This document shows, piece by piece, positions 55,800-64,000 of a stretch of 64,000 bases of DNA. Location: assembly GCA_041650335.1 (NCBI GenBank), contig JBAZLK010000006.1:5788-69787 (forward strand), given 5' to 3'. The translations under genes were made by a program, and so were the position numbers. Numbering within the stretch: the first letter of the stretch is position 1; each line of letters starts with the position of its first letter. Source of the stretch: Patescibacteria group bacterium (GTDB lineage: Bacteria > Patescibacteriota > Patescibacteriia > JAHIZJ01). The notes beneath the pieces were generated by a model that was not told where the DNA came from, did not search any database, and saw only the letters and a list, made by a program, of their open reading frames with translations.

Positions 55800-57131
55800 T
55801 TGGGAATGCGCAAGCTCATCCTGATCCTTGTCCTGATCCCGCTGGCATCCTTCGGGTTGGCCAGCCTGGCCTCGGCCCACGGTCCGATCGGTCCGCATTC
55901 GCACTATGCGCTGCGCGACCCTGACGACTGGGGGTTGTGGGGTATGTCGGGCGGCGACGAACGCGTCTGGGTCCTGCTCATGAAGGCAAACCCGGACATC
56001 CCGAACGACCGGCGCATGCTGCCTGGGTATGCGGTCAACATCCCGGAAGGCGTGGTCATGACTGAAGACGGTCGCGCGGTGCTCGCTGAGACGACGCCTG
56101 TGACCGAACCGACGATTCCTGCGCTCAGGCATGACAGCGGAGACTCTCTGCGGGCGGCCGTCACGAGGATGGTCGGGGCGCAGGAAAACCAAAGCCGCGC
56201 GCTGAACTTCCTCGTCTGGGCGCTCGTCGTCGTGTTGGCCATACTCCTCATCACCGCGTTGGTCGCGATGAGCCGGGGTAACACCATCAGGGCGCGCAAC
56301 GACGAACTCGCCAGGCTGCGGCAGCGGCACGACGAGGAGATCGAGAGCGCGACCCGGGAGGCGGTCGAGGAGGAACGACGCCGGCGGCGCGAGCGTATCC
56401 AGCAGGATCCGTACGCGGGTCCGCCGGTCGTGGCTGCGGGGCTGCCGACAGGCAACCTGGCCGCTGACTTCATGGTGAACCTCTACCGGCGGCGCTTCCC
56501 CGATCCGCAAGGTGCGGAACGTGGCACGCGCCTGCTTCGCGTCGAGCCGATCTGGGTCGAGGGCTACGACATCAACGTCGGTTACGGCGATGACCGTCAG
56601 CGCCGTCGCAACCTTATGGACCAGCAGCCGGCCTGGCGCGGCGTCTTCTCCTCCGGCGTGGTGATGGACCTGCTTCAAAGGTGCGCGAACGGCCTGTTCT
56701 CCGAGATCGGCCAACAGCTTCGCGACGACCAGGTGAGTCCGCGACTGGGTATTCCGGCGCTGGACGTTAACCGGCTGGTCTGGCCCGAGCTGGCCACCGT
56801 GACCGCGTCCGTTCCCGTGCCGACGGCTCCGGTCGCTACCACCGATGCTTCGGTCGCGCCTGCGACACCGGGAACGACCCCGTCGGCCGTTCCTCCGGGA
56901 CCGCGGATGTTCGTCATCATGGATGATACCGCCATCTACCGCCACCCGGGCGACACCGCCTTCCGCATGCTGTCCATCATCGGCCTCGACATCCAGTCCA
57001 GCGAGCGGGGCATCACGCTCCGGCGGGACGGGAACGAGATCGTTCTGGGAACGGATGCGGCGGGTGACGACCGGCAGGCGGCGAAGATCGGCGAGATCGT
57101 CGCGCGCGCCGGCACGGGCAGCGCCAGCTAG
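55800..57131 (+). CDS. island gene C: membrane protein with N-terminal signal, LysM-like segment, TM helix, Arg-rich coiled coil and Pro/Thr/Ala-rich linker
   Basis: MRKLILILVLIPLASFGLASLASA; VWVLLMKANPDIPNDRRMLPGYAVNIP is a LysM-like C-terminal motif; TM helix ALNFLVWALVVVLAILLITALVAM; then EERRRRRERIQQ. Confidence 0.45.
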   Translation: MGMRKLILILVLIPLASFGLASLASAHGPIGPHSHYALRDPDDWGLWGMSGGDERVWVLLMKANPDIPNDRRMLPGYAVNIPEGVVMTEDGRAVLAETTPVTEPTIPALRHDSGDSLRAAVTRMVGAQENQSRALNFLVWALVVVLAILLITALVAMSRGNTIRARNDELARLRQRHDEEIESATREAVEEERRRRRERIQQDPYAGPPVVAAGLPTGNLAADFMVNLYRRRFPDPQGAERGTRLLRVEPIWVEGYDINVGYGDDRQRRRNLMDQQPAWRGVFSSGVVMDLLQRCANGLFSEIGQQLRDDQVSPRLGIPALDVNRLVWPELATVTASVPVPTAPVATTDASVAPATPGTTPSAVPPGPRMFVIMDDTAIYRHPGDTAFRMLSIIGLDIQSSERGITLRRDGNEIVLGTDAAGDDRQAAKIGEIVARAGTGSAS

Positions 57132-57218
57132 CACAACCTGAACGGCATCGCGCCGTTCAACAACCAGGAGGGGGCTGTCACCTGACGGCTCCCTCCAAAC
57201 TTCTTTCATCAATCATCC

Positions 57219-57249
57219 TTCTGAATTCAGAATTATCCATTATTCTCCC
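57219..57249 (+). promoter_or_regulatory. conserved 31-nt intergenic element, copy 2 (contains perfect palindrome TTCTGAATTCAGAA)
   Basis: ttctgaattcagaattatccattattctccc. Confidence 0.45.
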
Positions 57250-57260
57250 CACCGAATTGA

Positions 57261-57620
57261 TTGTTTCATGGAAAACAGTCAGCTCGGTGCGGATGGAAGT
57301 CAATATCCGCCGGGAGGATGAACGTGACCGGTTATTTCATTGCCGCTCTGACGGGGATTGTTACCATGATCGTCGTCATCGTGGCCTACGAGCTCAGTAA
57401 GAGAATCCGTCGGGTTGCAGTCGCAAACGCCGTCATTATTGTACTCATTGTCGTGGCGGTTTCTGCAGGCATCTTCGGCTTATGCCAAGACGACAAAGTA
57501 AGCGACATCCCGACGGCCCGTGTGTTCGTCTGGCTTGTCTCCTACTCCGTAGGTGCCCTGGCGGGATGGCTCTTGAGGATCCAAGATCGTATCAACCGCT
57601 GGTTGCCGGAGCGCGATTGA
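57261..57620 (+). CDS. island gene D: small membrane protein (3 TM)
   Basis: 119 aa ORF. The start may instead be at MNVTGYF. Confidence 0.35.
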   Translation: MFHGKQSARCGWKSISAGRMNVTGYFIAALTGIVTMIVVIVAYELSKRIRRVAVANAVIIVLIVVAVSAGIFGLCQDDKVSDIPTARVFVWLVSYSVGALAGWLLRIQDRINRWLPERD

Positions 57621-57773
57621 GGCTGACCGCGATCTGAATACTTCTCGTAGTCTACTGCATGGCAGTCGTTGAAACAACGCGGCGCGACAGCCGCACGGTG
57701 TACGAGTGGCTCGATCAGTTTGGCCGGACCGGACGGTTATCGCCGTCGGACCCCACAAACACGGAGGCGACCC

Positions 57774-58187
57774 ATGTTCCAGATCGAACTATCCCACACC
57801 TTCAACGTCGCTGAGTGGCGCTGTCCGGTTACTCGCATCGTTGACCTCGACTTCGTCGAGCGGGCGATTCGTCGCGGCAGTCTCGTGACGTTCACCTGCG
57901 CCATCGTCGGCTGCCACCACGAGGGGCGAGCGGTCGAGATGCGGAATCTGGACCGTGCGAAGAACGACGGCGTCATCGTGATCCTCTGTCAGGGCCATGC
58001 CTGTCAGATGGAGGATCAGGGACATCGTACGTACTGGCTCGACCAGACCCTAAGCCACGCTGTCCGGGGATTCCAGCAGCACTTCGACGAGGTGGTTGTC
58101 CGGACTGCGGACAGCCGGCCGCACACGCACCTTGGCCTGGTTCTCCAGGCGGCCTGCCGCCAGCAGCTCAGCCGTCAGGTCGCCTGA
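57774..58187 (+). CDS. island gene E: Cys/His-rich hypothetical protein (possible zinc-binding)
   Basis: RBS acggagg. C..C....CHHEG....ILCQGHAC..EDQGH residues are candidate metal ligands. Confidence 0.4.
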   Translation: MFQIELSHTFNVAEWRCPVTRIVDLDFVERAIRRGSLVTFTCAIVGCHHEGRAVEMRNLDRAKNDGVIVILCQGHACQMEDQGHRTYWLDQTLSHAVRGFQQHFDEVVVRTADSRPHTHLGLVLQAACRQQLSRQVA

Positions 58188-58463
58188 CCATCTGCACACC
58201 GCTCGTTACGAACGAGCCTACTTCTTACCTCGCTGGCACAGTCTTTCATGGCTGCGTCAGCGGGGTGCCTCTTGAAGCGCGTGATGGTTTATGCCATCAT
58301 GCATTTCAAACGGGTATGAGTATCACGCGTTCTCAAGGAACACGTCTTTGGCTAGCGGTGGCATCCCTGAGAGGAAACGGCGGAATGCCAAGTTCCCTTT
58401 TGGGACTTTCATCACCGCAGGCTACTTGTGAACGTAGCGCTATCTATGAAGGAGGTGGGTTCA

Positions 58464-58763
58464 ATGGGTTCGTGGAGCAGGGCATTGCTTATCGCGGTGA
58501 ACGTCGTGCTCTTACTTCCCAGTGTCGCCGGATTCGTCATCTGCATCCGCCTGATGTGGTTACGGCCGCGACCCGGAGACGTGACCTACCAGCACTTACG
58601 GAAGCGGATGACGTTTGCGGTGCTGTTGTTGGGAGCGCTCGAAGCCCTGTTGGTTAGCCAGCTGGGTCTCGGGGTAGCCGGGTTGATCACGAAACAAGCG
58701 CTGTATTTCGCGATCGCCTTTCAGGCGGTTCCGCGCTGCAGCCGGCTGGTCAGAAGTCCCTAG
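58464..58763 (+). CDS. island gene F: small membrane protein (2-3 TM)
   Basis: RBS gaaggaggtg precedes ATG 58464. The track ORF begins at the GTG at 58428. Confidence 0.4.
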   Translation: MGSWSRALLIAVNVVLLLPSVAGFVICIRLMWLRPRPGDVTYQHLRKRMTFAVLLLGALEALLVSQLGLGVAGLITKQALYFAIAFQAVPRCSRLVRSP

Positions 58764-58779
58764 ACAAGGAGGTCGAGTC

Positions 58780-59454
58780 ATGCAGGTCAAGAGTTTGATG
58801 TACCGGTTGGCCACTTTCCATGTCACCATGAGGGGCGGCCGCATCCCGTCCTTGGTTCTCATCACGGCGCTCTTGCCCGTCGTTCTCGGCGCGCTTGTCT
58901 GTGCTCCGCCGAACCCGATAGAACACCTGGTCACCCGTGAACAAGCGACCTTTGTACTCCAGGCGGTTGCCCAGGCGCAGAATGATCAGCTCGAGTCGGT
59001 ACCGCTCTATCCCGCACCGGGCATCACCGGACTGGTTCCGGTGTGTCCGACGAAGGGTGCGGAAGTCTGGACGGTCTTTGACGGCGGAGTCAGGAACGAA
59101 CAAACGATGCGTCGGATGGTCTGGACGCGGTTTCCTTCCACGGGCCGCCGAGCCAGCCCATTCTCTGATCCGTCAGCGTTCCAGCCGATGGACGACATCG
59201 GCAATCAACCCGCGTCCAAGACCTGTCCGGGCATCGCGGAAAATGTTCGCTACGTCTGGTATAATGTCGATCTGGCGCCGTCCGTCGAGCGACATTTCCG
59301 GATCTGGGGCGACCATTGGTACCTCGAGGTCCAGGGCGCGTCGTCGGGTCAGTACCGACTGTCGATTGCTCATGACCGTCAGGGGCGACGTAAGGCCGAG
59401 GACGTTTCCAGTTTGATCGAGAGGGCGCTCGCGTTCTGCCAGGCGAGACGTTAG
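58780..59454 (+). CDS. island gene G: hypothetical protein with N-terminal TM/signal anchor
   Basis: RBS caaggagg. 224 aa, no known domain. Confidence 0.4.
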   Translation: MQVKSLMYRLATFHVTMRGGRIPSLVLITALLPVVLGALVCAPPNPIEHLVTREQATFVLQAVAQAQNDQLESVPLYPAPGITGLVPVCPTKGAEVWTVFDGGVRNEQTMRRMVWTRFPSTGRRASPFSDPSAFQPMDDIGNQPASKTCPGIAENVRYVWYNVDLAPSVERHFRIWGDHWYLEVQGASSGQYRLSIAHDRQGRRKAEDVSSLIERALAFCQARR

Positions 59455-59552
59455 CCGCCAGCACATTACATCAGGCTTATTGAGGAGACGCCTTAACCCC
59501 ACACCAGTCGTCATGTACCAGACGGTTCATGACTTCCGGTGCGGGGACTCCT

Positions 59553-59593
59553 CACTTTTTCCGAATTCAGAAGCATCAGTTTCTGAATTCAGA
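59553..59593 (+). promoter_or_regulatory. inverted repeat GAATTCAGAA-N8-TTCTGAATTC upstream of island gene H
   Basis: Same half-sites as the palindrome at 57219, separated here by 8 nt. Confidence 0.45.
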
Positions 59594-59630
59594 GGAAGTG
59601 GTCTGACAACTGTATGAAGGAGGTGTTTTT

Positions 59631-59918
59631 ATGACCCATACATTGTCTACCGCATGGTTCCCGTTCCTGATCGGGTTTGCGGGTATTGTCACGATAGCGG
59701 CAATCTTCAGTCGGCTACCGGTATTTTACCCGCGTCCCAAACTGCTCCTCTTCGGCATCACCGGCATCATCGTACTCACAACCTCGTGGCTTCTCCGTTT
59801 CCGCGGGAATGAGCCGATCGTGTACGCCGGCACCTGGGTCGGGATGATGGCCGGACTGGCATATCCAATCGCGCTGCAGCGGTTGAAACGCCAGATCCGG
59901 AGAATGCTTGTCCGATGA
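59631..59918 (+). CDS. island gene H: small membrane protein (3 TM)
   Basis: RBS gaaggaggtg. 95 aa. Confidence 0.4.
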   Translation: MTHTLSTAWFPFLIGFAGIVTIAAIFSRLPVFYPRPKLLLFGITGIIVLTTSWLLRFRGNEPIVYAGTWVGMMAGLAYPIALQRLKRQIRRMLVR

Positions 59919-60202
59919 CCCACTTCTCTTTCAAAGGGTAGGCACGACCGATGCCGTCATGTCTACCCCTCTTCTCTAAATTTGTTAGAATAAAGCTAGC
60001 AGGTTTGGAGAAGGGCCCACCTTCGCCTCTTTCTCGACCGGCGGACCTCTGGATCGACTGTCCGGTGTGAGCGTTCGAAAAAATCTCTCTCCTCGGGCGT
60101 TTGTATCACAGTTGGTTTCACCGCTGCCGTTACCCCTGGCTATTTCCGGGGCTATGGCAATCGGCCACCGGTTTCGCCGGTCTAGAAAAAGGCAATCCCG
60201 CA

Positions 60203-60228
60203 AAAACCGCCTCACCTGGCGGTTTTTG
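60203..60228 (+). terminator. strong bidirectional Rho-independent terminator
   Basis: aaaaaccgcc-tcacct-ggcggttttt. Confidence 0.65.
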
Positions 60229-60276
60229 TATTTACGCAATAGCCGATCTGCGCTATGATAGATGGGTAGGAAAACT

Positions 60277-61023
60277 ATGCCGAACCAACTAACGCAAATC
60301 CAAAAGCCGGCTACTCCGCCAGCCAAACCGAAAAGGTGGCACTGGTACCGAACCTGGTGGGGGATTTTGTTTATCGTCTGTGGTGTTGCCTTGTTCGGCA
60401 CGCTGACATTTTTTGCCTGGCGCTTACTCGTGATTTTTCAGAAAAACATCGTCGCCGCTTCAAACAACAATGCGGACGTCGTCCAGGCTGGCCCCTCGGG
60501 CGTAACCGAGGATGACCCGCGATTTGGCAATGCTCAGGCCACGATACAGATTGTTGAATTCGGTGATTTTCAATGTCCGTATTGCAAGGAGGCATCAACG
60601 ATTGTTCGATCAATCATGAACGAATATGCGGATGACATCTTGTTTGTCTATCGCGATTTTCCGGTGGCTGACCTCCATCCTGATGCCGAGAAAGCGGCCG
60701 AGGCGGGCGAGTGCGCGCACGACCAGGGTAAATTTTGGGCGATGCATGATAAACTTTTTGAAAATCAGAATGCGCTCTCAGTGGCTGATTTAAAGAACTA
60801 CGCGGTTCAAGTTGGCCTCAATACCGATACGTTTAACTCCTGCCTCGACTCGGGTATAAACGCCATCGAGGTTGCCAAAGATTTGCAGGACGGCGTCGAG
60901 CTGGCAAAAAATCTGACGACGATTGGCACGCCGTTGTTTATTGTCAATGGATATCCGATCCCCGGCGTCATCACCGATGAAAAATGGCACGAGCTGTTAG
61001 ACGGATTACTTTCGGTTAAATAA
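60277..61023 (+). CDS. DsbA-family thiol:disulfide oxidoreductase, membrane-anchored
   Basis: N-terminal TM helix and CPYC active site (FGDFQCPYCKEA). Confidence 0.8.
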   Translation: MPNQLTQIQKPATPPAKPKRWHWYRTWWGILFIVCGVALFGTLTFFAWRLLVIFQKNIVAASNNNADVVQAGPSGVTEDDPRFGNAQATIQIVEFGDFQCPYCKEASTIVRSIMNEYADDILFVYRDFPVADLHPDAEKAAEAGECAHDQGKFWAMHDKLFENQNALSVADLKNYAVQVGLNTDTFNSCLDSGINAIEVAKDLQDGVELAKNLTTIGTPLFIVNGYPIPGVITDEKWHELLDGLLSVK

Positions 61024-61085
61024 ATAGTCGAAAAACGAGTCATCAGCTGTTGTGAACTCGGTTTTTTTATGGTATAATCACCGCA

Positions 61086-62117
61086 ATGAATCCGACATTA
61101 AAAAAACTTTTTTCACATATCCAGCGCGAGTATGTCCTCATTGCTCCGACTCAGAAGAGCCGGGGGCTTTTTTTGTCCACGGTTACCGATCTGAAAAAAA
61201 TCGTCTTTTCGGCTCAACTTACCCACAATACCTTCAAAGATTTTCTTTTCCCGCAGCATCAAACGTTGTATCGATTTGAGGGTGAGACGATAACGGAACC
61301 AGACCACCGTGAATATCCGAAACAGGCGCTTTTCGGCATTCAAATCGTCGATCTCCGGGCGCTGGGACTGTACAATCAAGTTTTCCGACATGATGCCGTC
61401 TATCAAGCGATCAAGCAGCGCACGCTCGTCATCGGGTACCTGAAGGGGCCGGTTTCCGAGAAGAGTCTTGGCATTTTCAAGGAGCGGCTCGAGGAAAATA
61501 CGCTCGAGCACCTCGAATTTGATATATTTGTGCTCGAAACCGGAGCCGACAGCTACCTCTACGCCGGTAGTAAAACCGGCCGGGCGGTTATCACTGAGGC
61601 TGGTTTAACAGAGTACGAGAACTCAGTCTACGTCGGCCCGATCAAGGAGTCCGGCCTGGATCCGGTGATGGTGGCGAATTATCGCAAGGTAAAAAATTCA
61701 TTCGAACGTCACCGCGCGGTCTGGGAGGAGCTTGGCAAACGCTGCCTTGCCTGTGGAAAATGTTCCTTAGTGTGTCCGACCTGTTTCTGCTTCACGACTA
61801 ACCATGAATTCGGTCAAAAGAAAAAGTCCGGCCAGCGTCAACGGCACTGGGAAACATGTTTTTATTCCGATTTTTCAAAGGTCGCGGGCGGCCATATTTT
61901 TCTCAATACGATCGCGAAACGGATCTATTTCTGGTATGAACATAAATTCGTTCGCATCCCGGATGAATATTCGGTTCCCGGCTGTGTCGGTTGCGGCCGC
62001 TGCATCGCGGTCTGTCCGGTCGGTATTGATTTACGGAAAACACTGGCCGCGTTGACGCCCGCGCCGGCCGGCGGGAAGGTCCAGCCATCATTCAAAAAAA
62101 ATCCTTCGAAGCCATGA
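61086..62117 (+). CDS. 4Fe-4S dicluster protein, anaerobic sulfite reductase subunit A (AsrA) / sulfhydrogenase beta (HydB)-like
   Basis: CLACGKCSLVCPTC and CVGCGRCIAVCPVG ferredoxin-type cluster motifs. Size and layout resemble AsrA/HydB. Confidence 0.6.
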   Translation: MNPTLKKLFSHIQREYVLIAPTQKSRGLFLSTVTDLKKIVFSAQLTHNTFKDFLFPQHQTLYRFEGETITEPDHREYPKQALFGIQIVDLRALGLYNQVFRHDAVYQAIKQRTLVIGYLKGPVSEKSLGIFKERLEENTLEHLEFDIFVLETGADSYLYAGSKTGRAVITEAGLTEYENSVYVGPIKESGLDPVMVANYRKVKNSFERHRAVWEELGKRCLACGKCSLVCPTCFCFTTNHEFGQKKKSGQRQRHWETCFYSDFSKVAGGHIFLNTIAKRIYFWYEHKFVRIPDEYSVPGCVGCGRCIAVCPVGIDLRKTLAALTPAPAGGKVQPSFKKNPSKP

Positions 62118-62932
62118 AAAACTATTATCTGCCAGCCCGGGCAAAAATAATCAAGATCCGAAAAGAATCGTCGCGGACGAATTTATATACTCTTCAATTC
62201 GTTGATGAAAAACTTCGGACAGCCTTCCGGTTTACGCCTGGCCAATTTGTCTTTGCCGGTTTACTCGGATACGGCGAAGGACCGTTCGACATCTGCTCGA
62301 GTTCGCTCGAGCGCGGTTGGTTTGAGATTGCCGTGCGCCGAGTCGGCTCGGTGACGGAAAAAATCCATGAATTAACAGTCGGTCAAACAATAATGATTCG
62401 GGGTCCTTTTGGTAACGGTTTCCCCATGGCCACTTTTGCCGGAAAAAATCTTCTCTTGCTCGGCGGCGGCTGCGGCTTTGTAACCATGCGAACCATTATT
62501 CTTGATTACATAAAACAGAAACCTGCCGACCAGAAAATTCAGCTTTTTCTCGGCGTGGGCACGCCCGACGACCTTCTTTTCCGGAGCGAATATCCGATCT
62601 GGAAGAAACACCTCGATCTTCAATTGATCGTCTCCGAGCCAACACCGGAATGGAAGGGACGAACTGGCTTGATCACCAACCTGTTCGACATGGTGCCGTT
62701 GCTTGATAATATCGCCGTCCTGGTCTGCGGTCCGCCGATCATGTATCACTTCTGTCTTGAGAAATTGAAACAGCGCAACATCCCGGACGAGCTGATGTAT
62801 TTTTCCTTCGAACGCCGGATGGATTGTGGTGTTGGCGTCTGCCAGCATTGCGCCCTCGGTTCGAAATATGTCTGCAAGGACGGCCCGGTTTTTTCATATC
62901 AAACGATAAAAGATATTCCTGGCGCAATCTAA
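62114..62932 (+). CDS. FAD/NAD(P)-binding oxidoreductase with C-terminal 2Fe-2S (AsrB / HydG / PyrK-like)
   Basis: FNR-like fold (RFTPGQF, LLLGGGCGF) and the PyrK-type cluster motif CGVGVCQHC...C. Confidence 0.65.
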   Translation: MKNYYLPARAKIIKIRKESSRTNLYTLQFVDEKLRTAFRFTPGQFVFAGLLGYGEGPFDICSSSLERGWFEIAVRRVGSVTEKIHELTVGQTIMIRGPFGNGFPMATFAGKNLLLLGGGCGFVTMRTIILDYIKQKPADQKIQLFLGVGTPDDLLFRSEYPIWKKHLDLQLIVSEPTPEWKGRTGLITNLFDMVPLLDNIAVLVCGPPIMYHFCLEKLKQRNIPDELMYFSFERRMDCGVGVCQHCALGSKYVCKDGPVFSYQTIKDIPGAI

Positions 62933-62934
62933 CG

Positions 62935-63129
62935 ATGTGTCTAACGATTCCAAAAAAAATACTCTCGGTTGACGGCGTCACCGCCCGCGTGAAAAGCGGA
63001 ACCATTAACGTCTCGCTCATTCCGCGAGTCAAGGCCGGCGATTGGGTGCTGGTGAATGCGGATTTGGCCGTTCGAAAAGTACCGGCCGCCGAAGCAAAAA
63101 AAATATTAACACTCCTCAGCCATGTCTAA
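62935..63129 (+). CDS. hypC: hydrogenase maturation factor HypC/HupF
   Basis: Starts MCLTIP, the canonical Cys2 N-terminus, and has the fold-typical GDWVLVNADLAV. Confidence 0.7.
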   Translation: MCLTIPKKILSVDGVTARVKSGTINVSLIPRVKAGDWVLVNADLAVRKVPAAEAKKILTLLSHV

Positions 63130-64000
63130 AGGTCATCTCTATATATTTCTGACGGCACTGATCTCGGGCGCCTCAGTCTATCTCAATAAATTCAGCGTCA
63201 GCGTGATTAATCCGTATATTTTCACCGGCGTAAAAAATGCTGCCGTGGTGGTCCTGCTTGGTCTGGTGATTCTCGGTGCCGGCCGCTGGAAAGAATTACG
63301 ACGCCTTTCCCGTCGACAATGGTACAGGCTTATAGTAGTCGGGTTTGTCGGCGGTGGCGTGCCATTCCTGCTTTTTTTCAAAGGCTTGAGTCTCACCTCG
63401 GCCAGCCAGGGCGCCCTGATCCATAAATCGATGTTTCTCTGGGCCGGTCTGCTGGCGGCGCTGCTCTTAAAAGAACGTTTCAACCGGTGGTCGTTGGTGG
63501 GGCTGGCGAGCATCGGCGCCGGGATTTGGCTCATGAGCCAGGGGAAACTCCAGCCGCTCGGCCTGGGCGATGGGTTGGTGCTGATCGCGACATTACTCTG
63601 GGCAGTCGAGGCTATTCTGGCGAAACGCGCGCTGGCCGATATCTCATCACTGGTCGTGGCCTGGGGCCGGATGTTTTTTGGCCTGCTGGTGATTGTCGGG
63701 TTCTGGGCGGTGAGCGGGCAACTACCAGCGCTCGGGAAAATTACCGCTTCACAGCTGAGCTGGATTGGTTTAACGTCAGCGCTGTTATTTGGGTACGTTA
63801 TGACGTGGTACGCGGGTCTTCGTCGTCTCCCGGTTACCGTGGCGACAGCAATTTTGACGCTCGGGTTCCCGATCACGAGCATATTGGCGGTTTTATTTGA
63901 CGGAAAGTCGTTCACCGCTGATCAGCTGGTCGGTTTCGCGCTGATGACGCTGGGCGCAGTTCCACTCCTCCTGCTTCAGCGCAACGCCTCACGATTAATT
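63125..64000 (+). CDS. EamA/DMT-family transporter (partial, runs off window end)
   Basis: Translation from ATG 63125 gives MSKGHLYIFLTALISGASVYLNKF... with 10 TM helices and two EamA repeats. No stop before 64000. The minus ORF 63178..63915 is treated as a shadow. Confidence 0.6.

Noticed and set aside
55770-57212. 480-aa minus-strand ORF, and similar long antisense ORFs 19248..20651 (+), 9110..9901 (+), 13613..14110 (+) and 63178..63915 (-)
   Set aside because: They are Arg/Pro/Gly-rich translations, typical of antisense frames in GC-rich DNA. Each overlaps a well-supported gene on the other strand.
59985-60401. 138-aa minus-strand ORF overlapping the dsbA-like gene start
   Set aside because: It overlaps the 5' end of a well-supported + strand gene and a bidirectional terminator, and has no RBS or family resemblance.

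Overview
This window reads as a compact, gene-dense bacterial chromosome of about 52% GC. The gene content resembles a Candidate Phyla Radiation (CPR/Patescibacteria) organism: TrbC/VirB2-like pilin, H+-pyrophosphatase, short IF-2, bactofilin, and nusA separated from infB-rbfA. Housekeeping genes include a two-component system, a heterodimeric ABC exporter pair, HU, YmdB, RNase Y, ClpP, NrnA, RbfA, IF-2, ACP, thioredoxin, an aminotransferase, GDH, RNase HII, YraN, NusA, H+-PPase, trigger factor, endonuclease IV, FolC, YhhQ, riboflavin genes and a family-4 UDG. These are interspersed with six tRNA genes and several GC-rich (about 60-63%) blocks of hypothetical, mostly secreted or membrane proteins, at 8.6-10.1 kb, 19.3-20.5 kb, 27.6-29.8 kb, 39.9-42.7 kb and 53.6-59.9 kb. 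The most unusual content is at three tRNA loci that carry truncated or decorated duplicate tRNA fragments immediately downstream. At the tRNA-Leu(UAA) locus a small GIY-YIG nuclease gene sits between an intact tRNA-Leu and 5' and 3' tRNA-Leu fragments, all carrying copies of a 24-nt GC hairpin. Next to it lie an about 800-bp promoter-driven non-coding region with a terminated small RNA and two tandem, covarying structured repeats, then a GC-rich eight-gene island of unknown function sharing conserved palindromic intergenic elements. Other notable items are three tandem PlsC acyltransferase paralogs plus an adenylate-forming enzyme, a perfect 16-bp palindrome duplicated in front of two convergent genes, and an AsrA/AsrB-like pair with HypC. 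All calls come from reading the sequence and translations by eye; no database searches were run.
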